Shown here piece after piece: positions 8,747 through 17,093 of a DNA stretch of 32,000 bases. The stretch's first letter is position 1, and every line of letters starts with the position of its first letter. The translations under genes were made by a program, and so were the position numbers. The notes beneath the pieces are model-generated. The model saw nothing but the letters and a program-made list of their open reading frames with translations, searched no databases and had not been told where the DNA came from. The DNA comes from Planctomycetales bacterium. GTDB lineage: Bacteria; 4484-113; JAFGCY01. The stretch covers positions 90,001 to 122,000 of the forward strand of contig CP060262.1 in assembly GCA_022646745.1 (NCBI GenBank). The letters run 5' to 3'.

Positions 8747-9553
8747 CTACAGTCCGTTGGCAAAAGCCAGGCTGGCCCGGCCTTCCTCTCCGCTTTCAAT
8801 GTCATAGGGTACGACGAAGTATCGGTAGGTCCCGGCCTCCAGAGCAATGTCCTCGAAGCTGTAGCGCACCACCTGTTTGCCGCCGCCACCGGATTCATAG
8901 CGTCCGATGGAGAATGGCAACGACGGGTCCTGCGGATGCGGCATCATGTAGTAGACGATCGAGCCCGGACCGAGGCGGTAGACCCGGTAGCCGTCGATGC
9001 TCTCGCCGAAGTGCTGCGCGATCACCGTCAGGTCCGACAGGCCGATCTCCCCGCTGGCATCCCCGTCGATGCGGGCCATCCGCCAGTTGTAGCTGCTGAC
9101 CGAGCCCTCCGGGTAGTAGCCGGGCTCACCCGTGCCGGAGGTGCTGCGGTAGCTGACCCTGCCGCCGAAGTTCTGCGCAAGCGCCGCCAGGTCGCTGGCC
9201 AGCACCTCTCCATTCTGGTCATAGTCACCCAGCAGGCGTTCCGTCCATTCCAGCCGGATGTGTGTCGGTTCAGGCCCATCGGGGCCATCCGGGTCGTAGG
9301 GCTGCGCGCTCAGGTCGAACACAGCGTTGCCATCCCCCTGCGGCGGGCTGGATGCACTGCGCTGCGGGTCCACGCCGAGGCGCTCGAATTCCGCAGTGAG
9401 CCTCTCGTGTAATGCAGTGCCGTCCACCCCGGCGCTCCCTTCTCCGGTCGCGAAGGTTTCGTTGCCTGTCACGCTTGGCGCCGGTCCCCCGGTACAGCCC
9501 ATGCCAGCGAACAACAGCAATCCGGCCAGGCCGGTTGGCAGCAGTCTCCCCAT
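8747..9553 (-). CDS. Lipoprotein with a dockerin-like EF-hand pair and a C-terminal FN3/Ig-like domain
   Basis: ATG 9553 is preceded by GGGGAGGA (6-nt spacer). Signal/lipobox: MGRLLPTGLAGLLLFAGMGCTGG. Two dockerin-type calcium-binding repeats: DYDQNGEVLASDLAALAQNFG and IDGDASGEIGLSDLTVIAQHFG. C-terminal GYRVYRL...YRYFVVPYD is FN3-like. Confidence 0.8.
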   Translation of the reverse strand: MGRLLPTGLAGLLLFAGMGCTGGPAPSVTGNETFATGEGSAGVDGTALHERLTAEFERLGVDPQRSASSPPQGDGNAVFDLSAQPYDPDGPDGPEPTHIRLEWTERLLGDYDQNGEVLASDLAALAQNFGGRVSYRSTSGTGEPGYYPEGSVSSYNWRMARIDGDASGEIGLSDLTVIAQHFGESIDGYRVYRLGPGSIVYYMMPHPQDPSLPFSIGRYESGGGGKQVVRYSFEDIALEAGTYRYFVVPYDIESGEEGRASLAFANGL

Positions 9554-9855
9554 GCAAGGTCCTCCCCTGTGGCAGCCGCAGCTGCCTGTCCCAGAATACG
9601 CCGGTGGTCCCCTACATAGCCAGCATAACCTGCCAGACAGCTGTTGTCATCCAACACTTCCACCGGCTTTTGGGGAAACAGTCAGGAATAGCCAGCACAC
9701 CTGGGTCAGGTTGGCAGCAATGCCTGCATAACCCGGACTTCACCGTGTTCCTGGCGCAACTGCACTGCCAGTCAACGCCCAGCGAGGTATCACTTGGCAA
9801 TCCAGAGAATACCTGTCTGAAATGCCCAATATAGGCAGTTCAAGAGGAGACACAT

Positions 9856-10263
9856 ATGACTTTGATTAAATGGGGCGAGGAGCTGAGCACAGGCGTCGGC
9901 TTCGTCGACTCTGAGCACAAGATGCTTGTCAACATGATCAACGAATTGAATGATGCAATGCTCGAGCAGCACGGCAAGGATGTCGTCGGCCGCATCATCA
10001 CGCGCATGGCTGCATATGCCAAGACGCATTTCGCGCATGAGGAGAAGGAGATGCTGGCCTGCTCCTTCAGCGGCTACAAGGCACACAAGAAGGAGCATGA
10101 TGACTTCATCGATAAGGTTGCGGATCTGAAGCAGGAACTGGACGAGGGCCGCATCATGGTCACCACCGACACGATGAAGTTCCTCAAGAGCTGGCTGACC
10201 AGCCACATCCTGGTGACGGACAAGCTGTACGTTGACAGCTTCGTATCCCACGGAGTGCACTGA
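9856..10263 (+). CDS. Bacteriohemerythrin
   Basis: AGAGGAGA Shine-Dalgarno before ATG 9856. Hemerythrin signature layout: KWGEELSTGVGFVDSEHKMLVNMINEL, H...FAHEEKEM, HKKEHDDF, LKSWLTSHILVTDKLY. Confidence 0.9.
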   Translation: MTLIKWGEELSTGVGFVDSEHKMLVNMINELNDAMLEQHGKDVVGRIITRMAAYAKTHFAHEEKEMLACSFSGYKAHKKEHDDFIDKVADLKQELDEGRIMVTTDTMKFLKSWLTSHILVTDKLYVDSFVSHGVH

Positions 10264-10502
10264 GGGCAGCTGCGGCATCCTGCCGCCGACCATCCAGGCC
10301 GTCTACGCAGGACGCGACTGGTATTGGTCAGGACAGCAATGGGAAATGAGCAATGAGCCACAGGGAAATCGAAGTATCCGTCATGCCTCATGGCACTCAT
10401 TGCTCATTGCTGCAGCAGCTTCAGCGCGACCGGGACCCGTAGCGGCGGCATCATGCCGCCGAACATCCGGCGCCTGGAAGGCGCCGCTACGGCGCGAGCC
10501 AG

Positions 10503-10540
10503 AAAATCAAAAGGGGCTGCCTGAAGCAGCCCCTTTAATC
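10503..10540. terminator. Bidirectional terminator (stronger on minus strand)
   Basis: AAAATCAAAA + GGGGCTGC (10513-10520), loop CTGAA, GCAGCCCC (10526-10533) + TTTAATCC. The minus-strand reading gives the hairpin followed by TTTTGATTTTCT, 28 nt after the stop of the 10561-10803 gene. Confidence 0.7.
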
Positions 10541-10560
10541 CACTTATCTGATCCCGGGAA

Positions 10561-10803
10561 TCAGGAGATCCCCATAGCGTCGGCCAGCTCATCCTCGGTC
10601 GGATCGCACAGCAGGCGGTCCCCGACGACGATGGCAGGCAGGCTGATTGCATCCTGCGTACCGACCAGTGACCTCAGCTCCATCGCGACCTGCTGGTCAC
10701 TGTGGACATCGAGGTATTCATAGTTGACTGCGTAGCTGTCCAAGAGGAACATTCCGACCTGGCACTCCACGCATTCAGCTGACCCATAGAACTTGACGTT
10801 CAT
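10561..10803 (-). CDS. Glutaredoxin-like / NrdH-like thioredoxin-fold protein (CxxC)
   Basis: ATG 10803 is preceded by AGGTGGG. MNVKFYGSAECVECQ... carries a CVEC redox motif, then ...SLPAIVVGD. About 80 aa. The longer track ORF (to 10878) has no Shine-Dalgarno. Confidence 0.7.
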   Translation of the reverse strand: MNVKFYGSAECVECQVGMFLLDSYAVNYEYLDVHSDQQVAMELRSLVGTQDAISLPAIVVGDRLLCDPTEDELADAMGIS

Positions 10804-10964
10804 CGCTAACCCACCTGCGATTAAATTCCCATCAACCGCACATATTATACGTGGATTGAACCCTTTGTGGGCTGCCAATTTGGCGCAATTTACCCGCCAG
10901 TTTATGACATCCGGCGGGCCTGAGCCCTGTATGGGACTGACTTCCGGCCTATATCAACCAGTGC

Positions 10965-11831
10965 CTAGTACTTGTGGAAGCCGTGGCGGTTCTTGCGGCC
11001 CAGCCGGCCACCCTTGACGTACTGCTTGACGGTGCGCGGGGTCTTGAAATGCTGCCGGCCGGTCTCGCGGTAGATGCTGTCACAGGTATGCTCGTATGTG
11101 TCCAGCCCGACGAGGTCCGCCAGCCTGAACGGCCCGAGCGGGAAGCCTGCGCCAAGCTTCATCGCTGTGTCAATGTCCTCGATGCTGGCCGCACCCTCCT
11201 CATAGAGGTTCATCGCCTCATTCATCATCGCGGTCAGGATGCGGTTGACCACGAAGCCAGGAGTTTCCTGCACGCGGATGCTGGTCTTGCCCATCTGCTG
11301 GGCCAACTCCTCCGTGCGGCTGGTTGTGTCCTCGCTGCTGTTGAGCCCCGGGATCACCTCGACGAGTGCCATCGCCGTCGGCGGGTTGAAGAAGTGCATC
11401 CCGATCACGCGCTCCTGGCAGTTCGTCGCGGCGGCGATCTGCGTGATGCCGAAGCTGCTGGTGTTCGTCGCCAGGATGCAGTCCTCGCGGCAGATGCCGG
11501 CCAGTTCGCTGAAGATCGCGTGCTTGAGCTCCAGCACCTCGGGGGCGCTTTCAATCACGTAGTCGCAGCCGGACAGGCTGGACAGCTCGGTATGCAGGTG
11601 GATGCGCTCGATGATCGCCTGGCGGCCCTCGTCCGTGGCCAGCTGCTCGCGGGCGAAGTGCTTCTCGTCCCGGGACAGCATGCGCAGCACCTTGCCGAGG
11701 CGGGCCACGACGGGCTCCATCTTCTCGACATTGCGGGCCACCGCGTGCACTTCCCAGCCGGCCATGGCACCGAGCAGTGCGATCTCACTGCCCATCAGAC
11801 CGAATCCGATTACCCCCAGATTGCGCGACAT
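10965..11831 (-). CDS. hbd: 3-hydroxybutyryl-CoA / 3-hydroxyacyl-CoA dehydrogenase
   Basis: AAGGAGGAAG Shine-Dalgarno. N-terminal Rossmann motif GVIGFGLMGSEIA. Family hallmarks: NTSS, GMHFFNPP, PGFVVNRIL, KLGAGFPLGPFRLADLVGLD. Confidence 0.9.
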   Translation of the reverse strand: MSRNLGVIGFGLMGSEIALLGAMAGWEVHAVARNVEKMEPVVARLGKVLRMLSRDEKHFAREQLATDEGRQAIIERIHLHTELSSLSGCDYVIESAPEVLELKHAIFSELAGICREDCILATNTSSFGITQIAAATNCQERVIGMHFFNPPTAMALVEVIPGLNSSEDTTSRTEELAQQMGKTSIRVQETPGFVVNRILTAMMNEAMNLYEEGAASIEDIDTAMKLGAGFPLGPFRLADLVGLDTYEHTCDSIYRETGRQHFKTPRTVKQYVKGGRLGRKNRHGFHKY

Positions 11832-11948
11832 CCAGCTTCCTCCTTCATGCGAAGTAGTAGTCTAGCATCCAGCCCCTCGCGCATTGCAGCAGCCAGCACC
11901 GATGCCGATAAACAGGACATGCAGCGCATGGGTTGTATAATTCCAGTG

Positions 11949-12344
11949 ATGGCTAAGGATGACTCTGATAAGTTCGGCGGCGGCGTCGCTCTGGGCTGGT
12001 TCTGGATCGGCGCTGGTCTGGGAGTAGTGCTTTCCGCCACGGCGGTTGTCGTGGCGACCGAGTTCCGCGAGGGACGGCGCAGTCGCCGCCGTGGACAGCT
12101 GCTTGGTTACGAGCAGGGCGAAAGCGACCTGATCGAGGACCTGACCTCCGCAGTGAGCGGTGGCCTGTCCGCCCTTGCTGAAACCGCCGACATGCTGAGC
12201 AACACCTTCAATGCCGCGCGCAGTGAGCTGATCAAGTTCAACCTGGACAGTTCCGGGGCCGGACAGGGTTCCGGGGCCAGCGGCTGGTACGACGGCGAAG
12301 ATGTCGAATACCCCGTCAACGACAACCAGCGCGAGGAAGCCTGA
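11949..12344 (+). CDS. Small single-pass membrane protein, hypothetical
   Basis: Tail of the spurious 10974-12344 track ORF. Only the part downstream of hbd is non-overlapping. MAKDDSDKFGGGVALGWFWIGAGLGVVLSATAVVVA (TM helix) + RRSRRR + acidic/Gly-rich tail. Start uncertain (in-frame ATGs at 11919, 11928, 11949). 11949 was chosen because TATAAT (11936-11941) sits 7 nt upstream. Confidence 0.45.
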   Translation: MAKDDSDKFGGGVALGWFWIGAGLGVVLSATAVVVATEFREGRRSRRRGQLLGYEQGESDLIEDLTSAVSGGLSALAETADMLSNTFNAARSELIKFNLDSSGAGQGSGASGWYDGEDVEYPVNDNQREEA

Positions 12345-12346
12345 GC

Positions 12347-13078
12347 TCAGCGCTCTAGCTTCAGTGACTTGCGCAGGTTGCGCACCTCTGAGGCATTAAG
12401 CGCCCGGTATTCCCCCGGGCCCATCTTGTCCAGCATCAACGGCCCGAAGCGCGTACGCTTCAGCCTGCGCACCTCATAGCCCAGCGCTTCGCAGACACGG
12501 CGGATGACCCGGTTGCGCCCCTCGGACAGGGTGACCTCCAGCCGGCTGCGGTCCTTCTCGAGGCTGACCAGCTCGATCGTGTCGAAATGCGCCTCGCCAT
12601 CCTCCAGCCGCACGCCGTCCACCATCCGCTGCGCATCGCTCTCGCTCAGGCGCGGGCTGACTGTCACGCGGTACTGCTTGCTCACCCCATAGCGCGGGTG
12701 GGTCATATGGTTGGCAACCTCGCCATCCGAGCACAGGAGCATCAGGCCCTCGCTGGCACGGTCCAGCCGGCCGACGGGCCGCGGGCTGCCCGGCAGCGTG
12801 GCGCACAGTTCGCCGACACTGGCGCGCCCCAGTTCGTCATTCATCGTGCTGACAACGCCGCGCGGCTTGTAGTAGACATAGTAGTGGTGCCTGAATTCGA
12901 AGTGCAGCAGCTTGCCGCGCACCTTGATGCGGTCACGATGCACATCGACCGTGGTGGCCAGGTCCGTCACCACCTTGTCATTCACCCGCACCTGCCCGCT
13001 GCTGACCAGCTGCTCGGCCGCACGGCGGCTGCAGACCCCGGCCTGCGCAATCGCACGGTTGATTCGCATGCTGCTCAT
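12347..13078 (-). CDS. rRNA pseudouridine synthase, RsuA/RluB family (S4 domain + PseudoU synthase)
   Basis: N-terminal S4-like RINRAIAQAGVCSRRAAEQLVSSGQVRVN. Catalytic-loop motif GRLDRASEGLMLL. 243 aa. Confidence 0.85.
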   Translation of the reverse strand: MSSMRINRAIAQAGVCSRRAAEQLVSSGQVRVNDKVVTDLATTVDVHRDRIKVRGKLLHFEFRHHYYVYYKPRGVVSTMNDELGRASVGELCATLPGSPRPVGRLDRASEGLMLLCSDGEVANHMTHPRYGVSKQYRVTVSPRLSESDAQRMVDGVRLEDGEAHFDTIELVSLEKDRSRLEVTLSEGRNRVIRRVCEALGYEVRRLKRTRFGPLMLDKMGPGEYRALNASEVRNLRKSLKLER

Positions 13079-13095
13079 CTATCGTTTCCCGCTGC

Positions 13096-13698
13096 CTAGT
13101 GCAGCTGGCCCTCGCGCAGGATCTGGTTCATGGCCTTGAACTGCGGATGCTCCTTCGTGCGGGCCCATTCAAAGCAGACGGACTCATGGTTCGTGATCAC
13201 CGCGCCGGCCTGCTGCATGCGCTCCAGGCCATGGCGGCGGTACTCCTCGCCGCGGCCGCTGACCGCCTCCCAGCAGACGTGCACCTGCCGGCCCATTTCA
13301 AGGCTCGGCAGCACGGTCTGCATCACACAGACATGGGTCTCGATGCCGGCCACCACCAGCTGCAGCTCGGAGTCCGGCAGGCCCGGGCGAAGCTCGTCCA
13401 CGGCCTGCTCGAAGCCGCTGTCGCCGCAGCAGCCGAAGGCCAGCTTCTCCACGAAGCGTGTCGGCACGCTCAGCCCGTCGAATGCCTGGCGCACGTCCTC
13501 ATGCGTGGTGCCCAGTCCCTTCGGGTACTGCTCGGTGAGGATCACCGGCACCTCGAAGATCTCCGCCAGCTGCATCAGGCGGATCGTGGCCTGCTTGACC
13601 AGCTGCGGACGGTAGACCATGTCCATCAGCTTGCCCTGCAGGTCGATCACGACCAGCAGGCTGTTCTCGGGACTGAGCAGTTTTGTGAAGGACATCAT
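13096..13698 (-). CDS. Isochorismatase-family cysteine hydrolase
   Basis: MMSFTK... start follows GAGGAG. LLVVIDLQ, PVILTEQYPKGLG and VVAGIETHVCVMQT are typical of the isochorismatase-like fold. Lies 17 nt upstream of the pseudouridine synthase gene, so a probable operon. Confidence 0.8.
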   Translation of the reverse strand: MMSFTKLLSPENSLLVVIDLQGKLMDMVYRPQLVKQATIRLMQLAEIFEVPVILTEQYPKGLGTTHEDVRQAFDGLSVPTRFVEKLAFGCCGDSGFEQAVDELRPGLPDSELQLVVAGIETHVCVMQTVLPSLEMGRQVHVCWEAVSGRGEEYRRHGLERMQQAGAVITNHESVCFEWARTKEHPQFKAMNQILREGQLH

Positions 13699-13738
13699 CG
13701 CTCCTCGGGCATTGCGCCACGCCCAGATTATATGGCAC

Positions 13739-13774
13739 AAAAAAAGGTTCTTCTCCCATCAGCGGGGATGGGAG
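13739..13774 (-). terminator. Hairpin, possible minus-strand terminator
   Basis: CTCCCATC (13753-13760), loop AGCGGG, GATGGGAG (13767-13774). On the minus strand it is followed after 7 nt by a T7 run (13739-13745). The spacing to the U-run is atypical. Confidence 0.3.
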
Positions 13775-13816
13775 TGAAGTTGGTTCCACAAGAAAAGTAA
13801 GGTGGGCATCCCAACT

Positions 13817-15072
13817 GGTAAGTTGATGTTGCGAAACAAAACTGCCAGGAGATGCCCGTGGAACAGTGTAGTGTCCTGTTCGAGTACTTTCAAGGTTTCT
13901 TTCTCAAGGGATTGGAATTGGACCGGGAATCCGCTGAATATGTATTCACGCTGGAACCCGAGCAGAATGCTGCCTGTACTTGCTGCAGATGCGGGCGCAG
14001 TAAGCTGCCGGTCCACGACAGAACGATTCGCAGGGTGCGCGACCTCCCGGTTTTCGGCCTCGCCTCGATCATCGAGTTTCCCCGTCGCCGTGTGCTCTGC
14101 CCGGATTGCGGCCCGCAGCTTGAGTTGCTCTGCTGGCTCGATCCGCATATGCGTCTGACTCGTAGGCTGGCCGAGAACATCACACAGCTGCTGCAGGCTA
14201 TGACTGTGCGCCAGGTATCCCGGATGTACAGGCTGGACTGGAAGACCGTGAAGAACATTGACAAGCGCGATCTGAAGATACGACTGGGCGGACTGGACAT
14301 GAATGGGGTGAACTTTCTGGCAATGGACGAGTTCGCCATCCAGAAAGGCCACCGCTATGCCACGGTGATCATTGAACCCAACTCCAGGCGTGTGCTGTGG
14401 GTCTGCCGGGGCAGGGCCCGCGAGGATGTCAGGCCATTCTTCGAATCCCTCACGGATGATCAGAGTCAGGCAATCAGAGCGGTGGCCATGGACATGACTG
14501 CCTCATACCAGCTTGAGGTCGAGCGATACTGCCCCAATGCGGTGGTGGTGTTTGACCTGTTCCACGTTGTTGCCAAGTACGGCAGGGAAGTGATTGACCG
14601 CGTGCGTGTGGACGTGGCAAATGAGCTGCGCCATGACAAGGCCGCACGCAGGCTGGTGAAGGGCATGCGCTGGATGCTGTTGCGCAATGCCGAAAACATC
14701 ACCAGCGAGAAGGACAGAATCAGGTTGCGTGAGCTGCTTGATGCCAATGAGGCACTGTCACTTGTCTACATCCTGAAGGATCAACTCAAGCAACTCTGGA
14801 AGTACAGACATCAAGGGTATGCCCGAAGGGCGTGGCAGGAGTGGAAGGCAATCGCCGAGGAGAGCATGATCGAGCCCCTGCTGAAGTTCGTTGCCAGACT
14901 GGAACCCTACATTCCGGGCATCATCTCCCATGCTCGCTGGCCACTCAACACAAGCGTACTGGAGGGAATCAACAACAGGATCAAGGTCATCAAGCGCATG
15001 GCCTATGGCTACCGCGATGACGAGTATTTTTTCCTCAAGATCAAGAATGCTTTCCCCGGAATCGGGCTATGA
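13817..15072 (+). mobile_element. ISL3-family insertion sequence (ends approximate)
   Basis: Carries the ISL3 transposase. Candidate imperfect terminal inverted repeat: TTGATGTTGCGAAACAAAA (13823-13841) versus the reverse complement of 15027-15045 (about 15/19 by eye). No target-site duplication found. Confidence 0.5.
13852..15072 (+). CDS. ISL3-family transposase
   Basis: N-terminal zinc-finger region (CTCCRCG...CPDCG). DDE_Tnp_ISL3-like core (LAMDEFAIQKGHRYATVIIE, AVAMDMTASY, VVFDLFHVV). C-terminal LEGINNRIKVIKRMAYGYRDDEYFFLKIK. Start may instead be GTG 13858, which has better AGGAG spacing. Confidence 0.9.
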   Translation: MPVEQCSVLFEYFQGFFLKGLELDRESAEYVFTLEPEQNAACTCCRCGRSKLPVHDRTIRRVRDLPVFGLASIIEFPRRRVLCPDCGPQLELLCWLDPHMRLTRRLAENITQLLQAMTVRQVSRMYRLDWKTVKNIDKRDLKIRLGGLDMNGVNFLAMDEFAIQKGHRYATVIIEPNSRRVLWVCRGRAREDVRPFFESLTDDQSQAIRAVAMDMTASYQLEVERYCPNAVVVFDLFHVVAKYGREVIDRVRVDVANELRHDKAARRLVKGMRWMLLRNAENITSEKDRIRLRELLDANEALSLVYILKDQLKQLWKYRHQGYARRAWQEWKAIAEESMIEPLLKFVARLEPYIPGIISHARWPLNTSVLEGINNRIKVIKRMAYGYRDDEYFFLKIKNAFPGIGL

Positions 15073-15076
15073 ACGC

Positions 15077-15106
15077 AAAAAAAGGGCCCCGGAAAGACCG
15101 GGGCCC
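15077..15106 (-). terminator. Rho-independent terminator of the NHL lipoprotein gene
   Basis: GGGCCCCGG (15084-15092), loop AAAGA, CCGGGGCCC (15098-15106). The minus strand reads hairpin + TTTTTTT (15077-15083), 25 nt after the stop at 15131. Confidence 0.8.
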
Positions 15107-15130
15107 TGATGAATCGCTCTAGCTAAGAGT

Positions 15131-17038
15131 TCAGTTGATCGGGGTCAGCTTGATGGTGCCATCGAACTTGTTCTGGCCCGTGCTGATGTCGATCGTCTTG
15201 GTCAGGGTCACGTAGTCAGCGTGCTTGAACACGACCTGGTAGGTGCCTGCCGGGATGTCATTGATGAAGAAGCTGCCGATCGAGTCGGTGGTGGTCTTGC
15301 GGCTGGTGTTGGCAATCTCCACCACGACGTCCTCGACATAGAGGCCGCTGGCATCATCAATCACGGTGCCGCCGTAGCTGCCCAGGGTGGCGGGAGCGTT
15401 CGGCACCAGGTTGAAGTTCACCACGATGTTCTGCTCCGGAATGATCGTCACCTCGGTGGAATCACTGTCGAAGTTGAACTTGGTGCACTGCATGAAGTAC
15501 TGGCCGGTCAGCAGGTTGGTGATCACGTACTGGCCGTTGATGTCAGTGGTGCGGGCGGCAAGCACGCCGCTCTCGTTACCGACGGTCACGGTGGAACCGG
15601 CGATCGGGTCCTTGGTGTTCAGGTTCTTCACGGTACCGTTCACACCACCGAATGACAGGGCCGGGCTGCTCGGGCGCAGCACGCGCATCTGGTCCACATC
15701 CGCGATGAAGATGTTGCCCTCGAGGTCGATGGACACATCAGACGGGGCGATGTAGAAGTTGCCGCTGCTGCCACGGGCGCCGCTTCCGATCTGGGAGATG
15801 AACTCACCGGTGGTACCGTCGAAAATCTGCACGCGACGGTTGCCCGGGTCGCAGACATACAGGTCATCGGTACGCCAGTCCACCGCCATGCCGGCGGGAC
15901 CGCCGACGTTCAGGTCCGGGTCCTCAAGGCCGCCGTCCGGGTTCTGCGCCGGCAGCTCAGCGAACTGGCTGGGGCCGCCGCCGTAGCTGTCACCGATCAC
16001 GCGGTTGAAGCCGAGGCCGTTGTTCACGGAGGAGGACACGTTGTAATCGAGGTTGGCATCGTTGTAGAACGCACGTCCCACACCGATGTAGTTGCGCTCG
16101 AAGTCAGCCGCGCCGGAGTAGACATTCCAGCTGTTCTCGGTGCGGTTGAACGGGAAGTAGGTATCGGTCACGAAGGTACCGAGGCTACCCACCTGGCCGG
16201 GTCCGATCAGGTCGCCGAAGTCGCCGGGGAACTGGCCGAAGGCCTGGTGGAAGCAGCCGGCACCGCCGGTGATCACCGCGTCCTGGTCGTTCGGATCCTC
16301 GAAGCTGTACTCACCGCCGTCCTCCATTGCGAACTGGCGGAAGCGGTTGAGGATCTGCAGGGCGCGTGGGTAGTCCGGCACCGGATCAGTGCCGACCACG
16401 TCGATGTCAGCGGTCACGTAGACACTGCCGAGGCGGTCAACGCCCACATCGTAGACGTTGATGCACTGCAGCGGCGCCTGCACTTCCGGCGGGATGATGC
16501 CGGCGTTCGGCAGGCCGTCAAGCTTGCCGAGGTCCGCATTGCCGCCGTCCGGACGGGTGGCGCCCGGGGTCAGCGTACGGGTGAAGATCGTCAGGTAGCC
16601 CCACTGCGAGATCGGCTGGTGGGCCACGATCGGCAGGTTGGCATACGGGTAGGCCTCCTCGGAGTTCAGGTCCAGCTGGGGAGCGGACGGGAACACGGAG
16701 ACGGCACGGGCCTCGGCACCGACATTGGCGGCGTTCACGAAGTTGCCGAGCTTGTCGAAGCAGTAGATGTTGGCGCTGTCGAGCACGTAGACGTACTCAT
16801 TGCTGGAGGCGATGCCACGCACATCGGCGTAGGTCGCCCCGCCCGGCAGCTGGAAGTTGCCGAACACCGGGATGATCGGTTCATTGTCATCGCCGGCCTT
16901 ACCCTGGTTGTCAGGGTTGAACAGGTCACCATTGTCTACTGTGTCACTGCCTCCGCCGCAGGAGGCGATCAGAATCATCAGGCCCACGAGGACCATCAGG
17001 ATTCTCAGCCAGTTGTTTCTCATAATCATGAACCTCAT
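15131..17038 (-). CDS. Lipoprotein with NHL-repeat beta-propeller and two CarboxypepD_reg-like domains
   Basis: ATG 17038 is preceded by AAGGAA. MRFMIMRNNWLRILMVLVGLMILIASCGGG (lipobox). NHL-type blades (GPAGMAVDWRTDDLYVCDPGNRRVQIFD, APSDVSIDLEGNIFIADVDQMRV). C-terminal GTVKN...AGSTVTV...TDINGQYVITNLLTGQY and GGTVID...TTDSIGSFFINDIPAGTYQV. Confidence 0.8.
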   Translation of the reverse strand: MRFMIMRNNWLRILMVLVGLMILIASCGGGSDTVDNGDLFNPDNQGKAGDDNEPIIPVFGNFQLPGGATYADVRGIASSNEYVYVLDSANIYCFDKLGNFVNAANVGAEARAVSVFPSAPQLDLNSEEAYPYANLPIVAHQPISQWGYLTIFTRTLTPGATRPDGGNADLGKLDGLPNAGIIPPEVQAPLQCINVYDVGVDRLGSVYVTADIDVVGTDPVPDYPRALQILNRFRQFAMEDGGEYSFEDPNDQDAVITGGAGCFHQAFGQFPGDFGDLIGPGQVGSLGTFVTDTYFPFNRTENSWNVYSGAADFERNYIGVGRAFYNDANLDYNVSSSVNNGLGFNRVIGDSYGGGPSQFAELPAQNPDGGLEDPDLNVGGPAGMAVDWRTDDLYVCDPGNRRVQIFDGTTGEFISQIGSGARGSSGNFYIAPSDVSIDLEGNIFIADVDQMRVLRPSSPALSFGGVNGTVKNLNTKDPIAGSTVTVGNESGVLAARTTDINGQYVITNLLTGQYFMQCTKFNFDSDSTEVTIIPEQNIVVNFNLVPNAPATLGSYGGTVIDDASGLYVEDVVVEIANTSRKTTTDSIGSFFINDIPAGTYQVVFKHADYVTLTKTIDISTGQNKFDGTIKLTPIN

Positions 17039-17093
17039 TGTTGTTCCTTGGCTATCTTGGGCCACGGCGGCTCGCCAGCGGCCCTGGACGCTA

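Noticed and set aside
8467-8898. ORFs encoding RSRSRS..., CFCFCF... (8565-8807) and SASASV.../RNRSRS... (4116-4343, 4089-4319) repeats.
   Set aside because: They are translations of the (GCTTCT)n tract in different frames. They overlap the 3' ends of well-supported genes and span a terminator hairpin, and they have no Shine-Dalgarno or domain content.
10974-12344. 456-aa plus-strand ORF overlapping hbd. Similar long antisense ORFs occur at 5698-6654, 13099-13800, 16247-17131, 17559-18347, 19258-19875, 20140-21048, 21682-23118 and 23247-24050.
   Set aside because: Each lies antisense to a gene with clear family motifs. The translations are Arg/Ala/Gly/His-rich low-information sequences, typical of stop-codon-poor antisense frames in GC-rich DNA. 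Only the non-overlapping 3' end of 10974-12344 (11949-12344) was kept.
13806-15063. 8-bp target-site duplication for the ISL3 element.
   Set aside because: The 8-mers flanking either candidate pair of ends do not match (CTGGTAAG versus AATGCTTT; TCCCAACT versus CCGGAATC). The boundaries are therefore left approximate.
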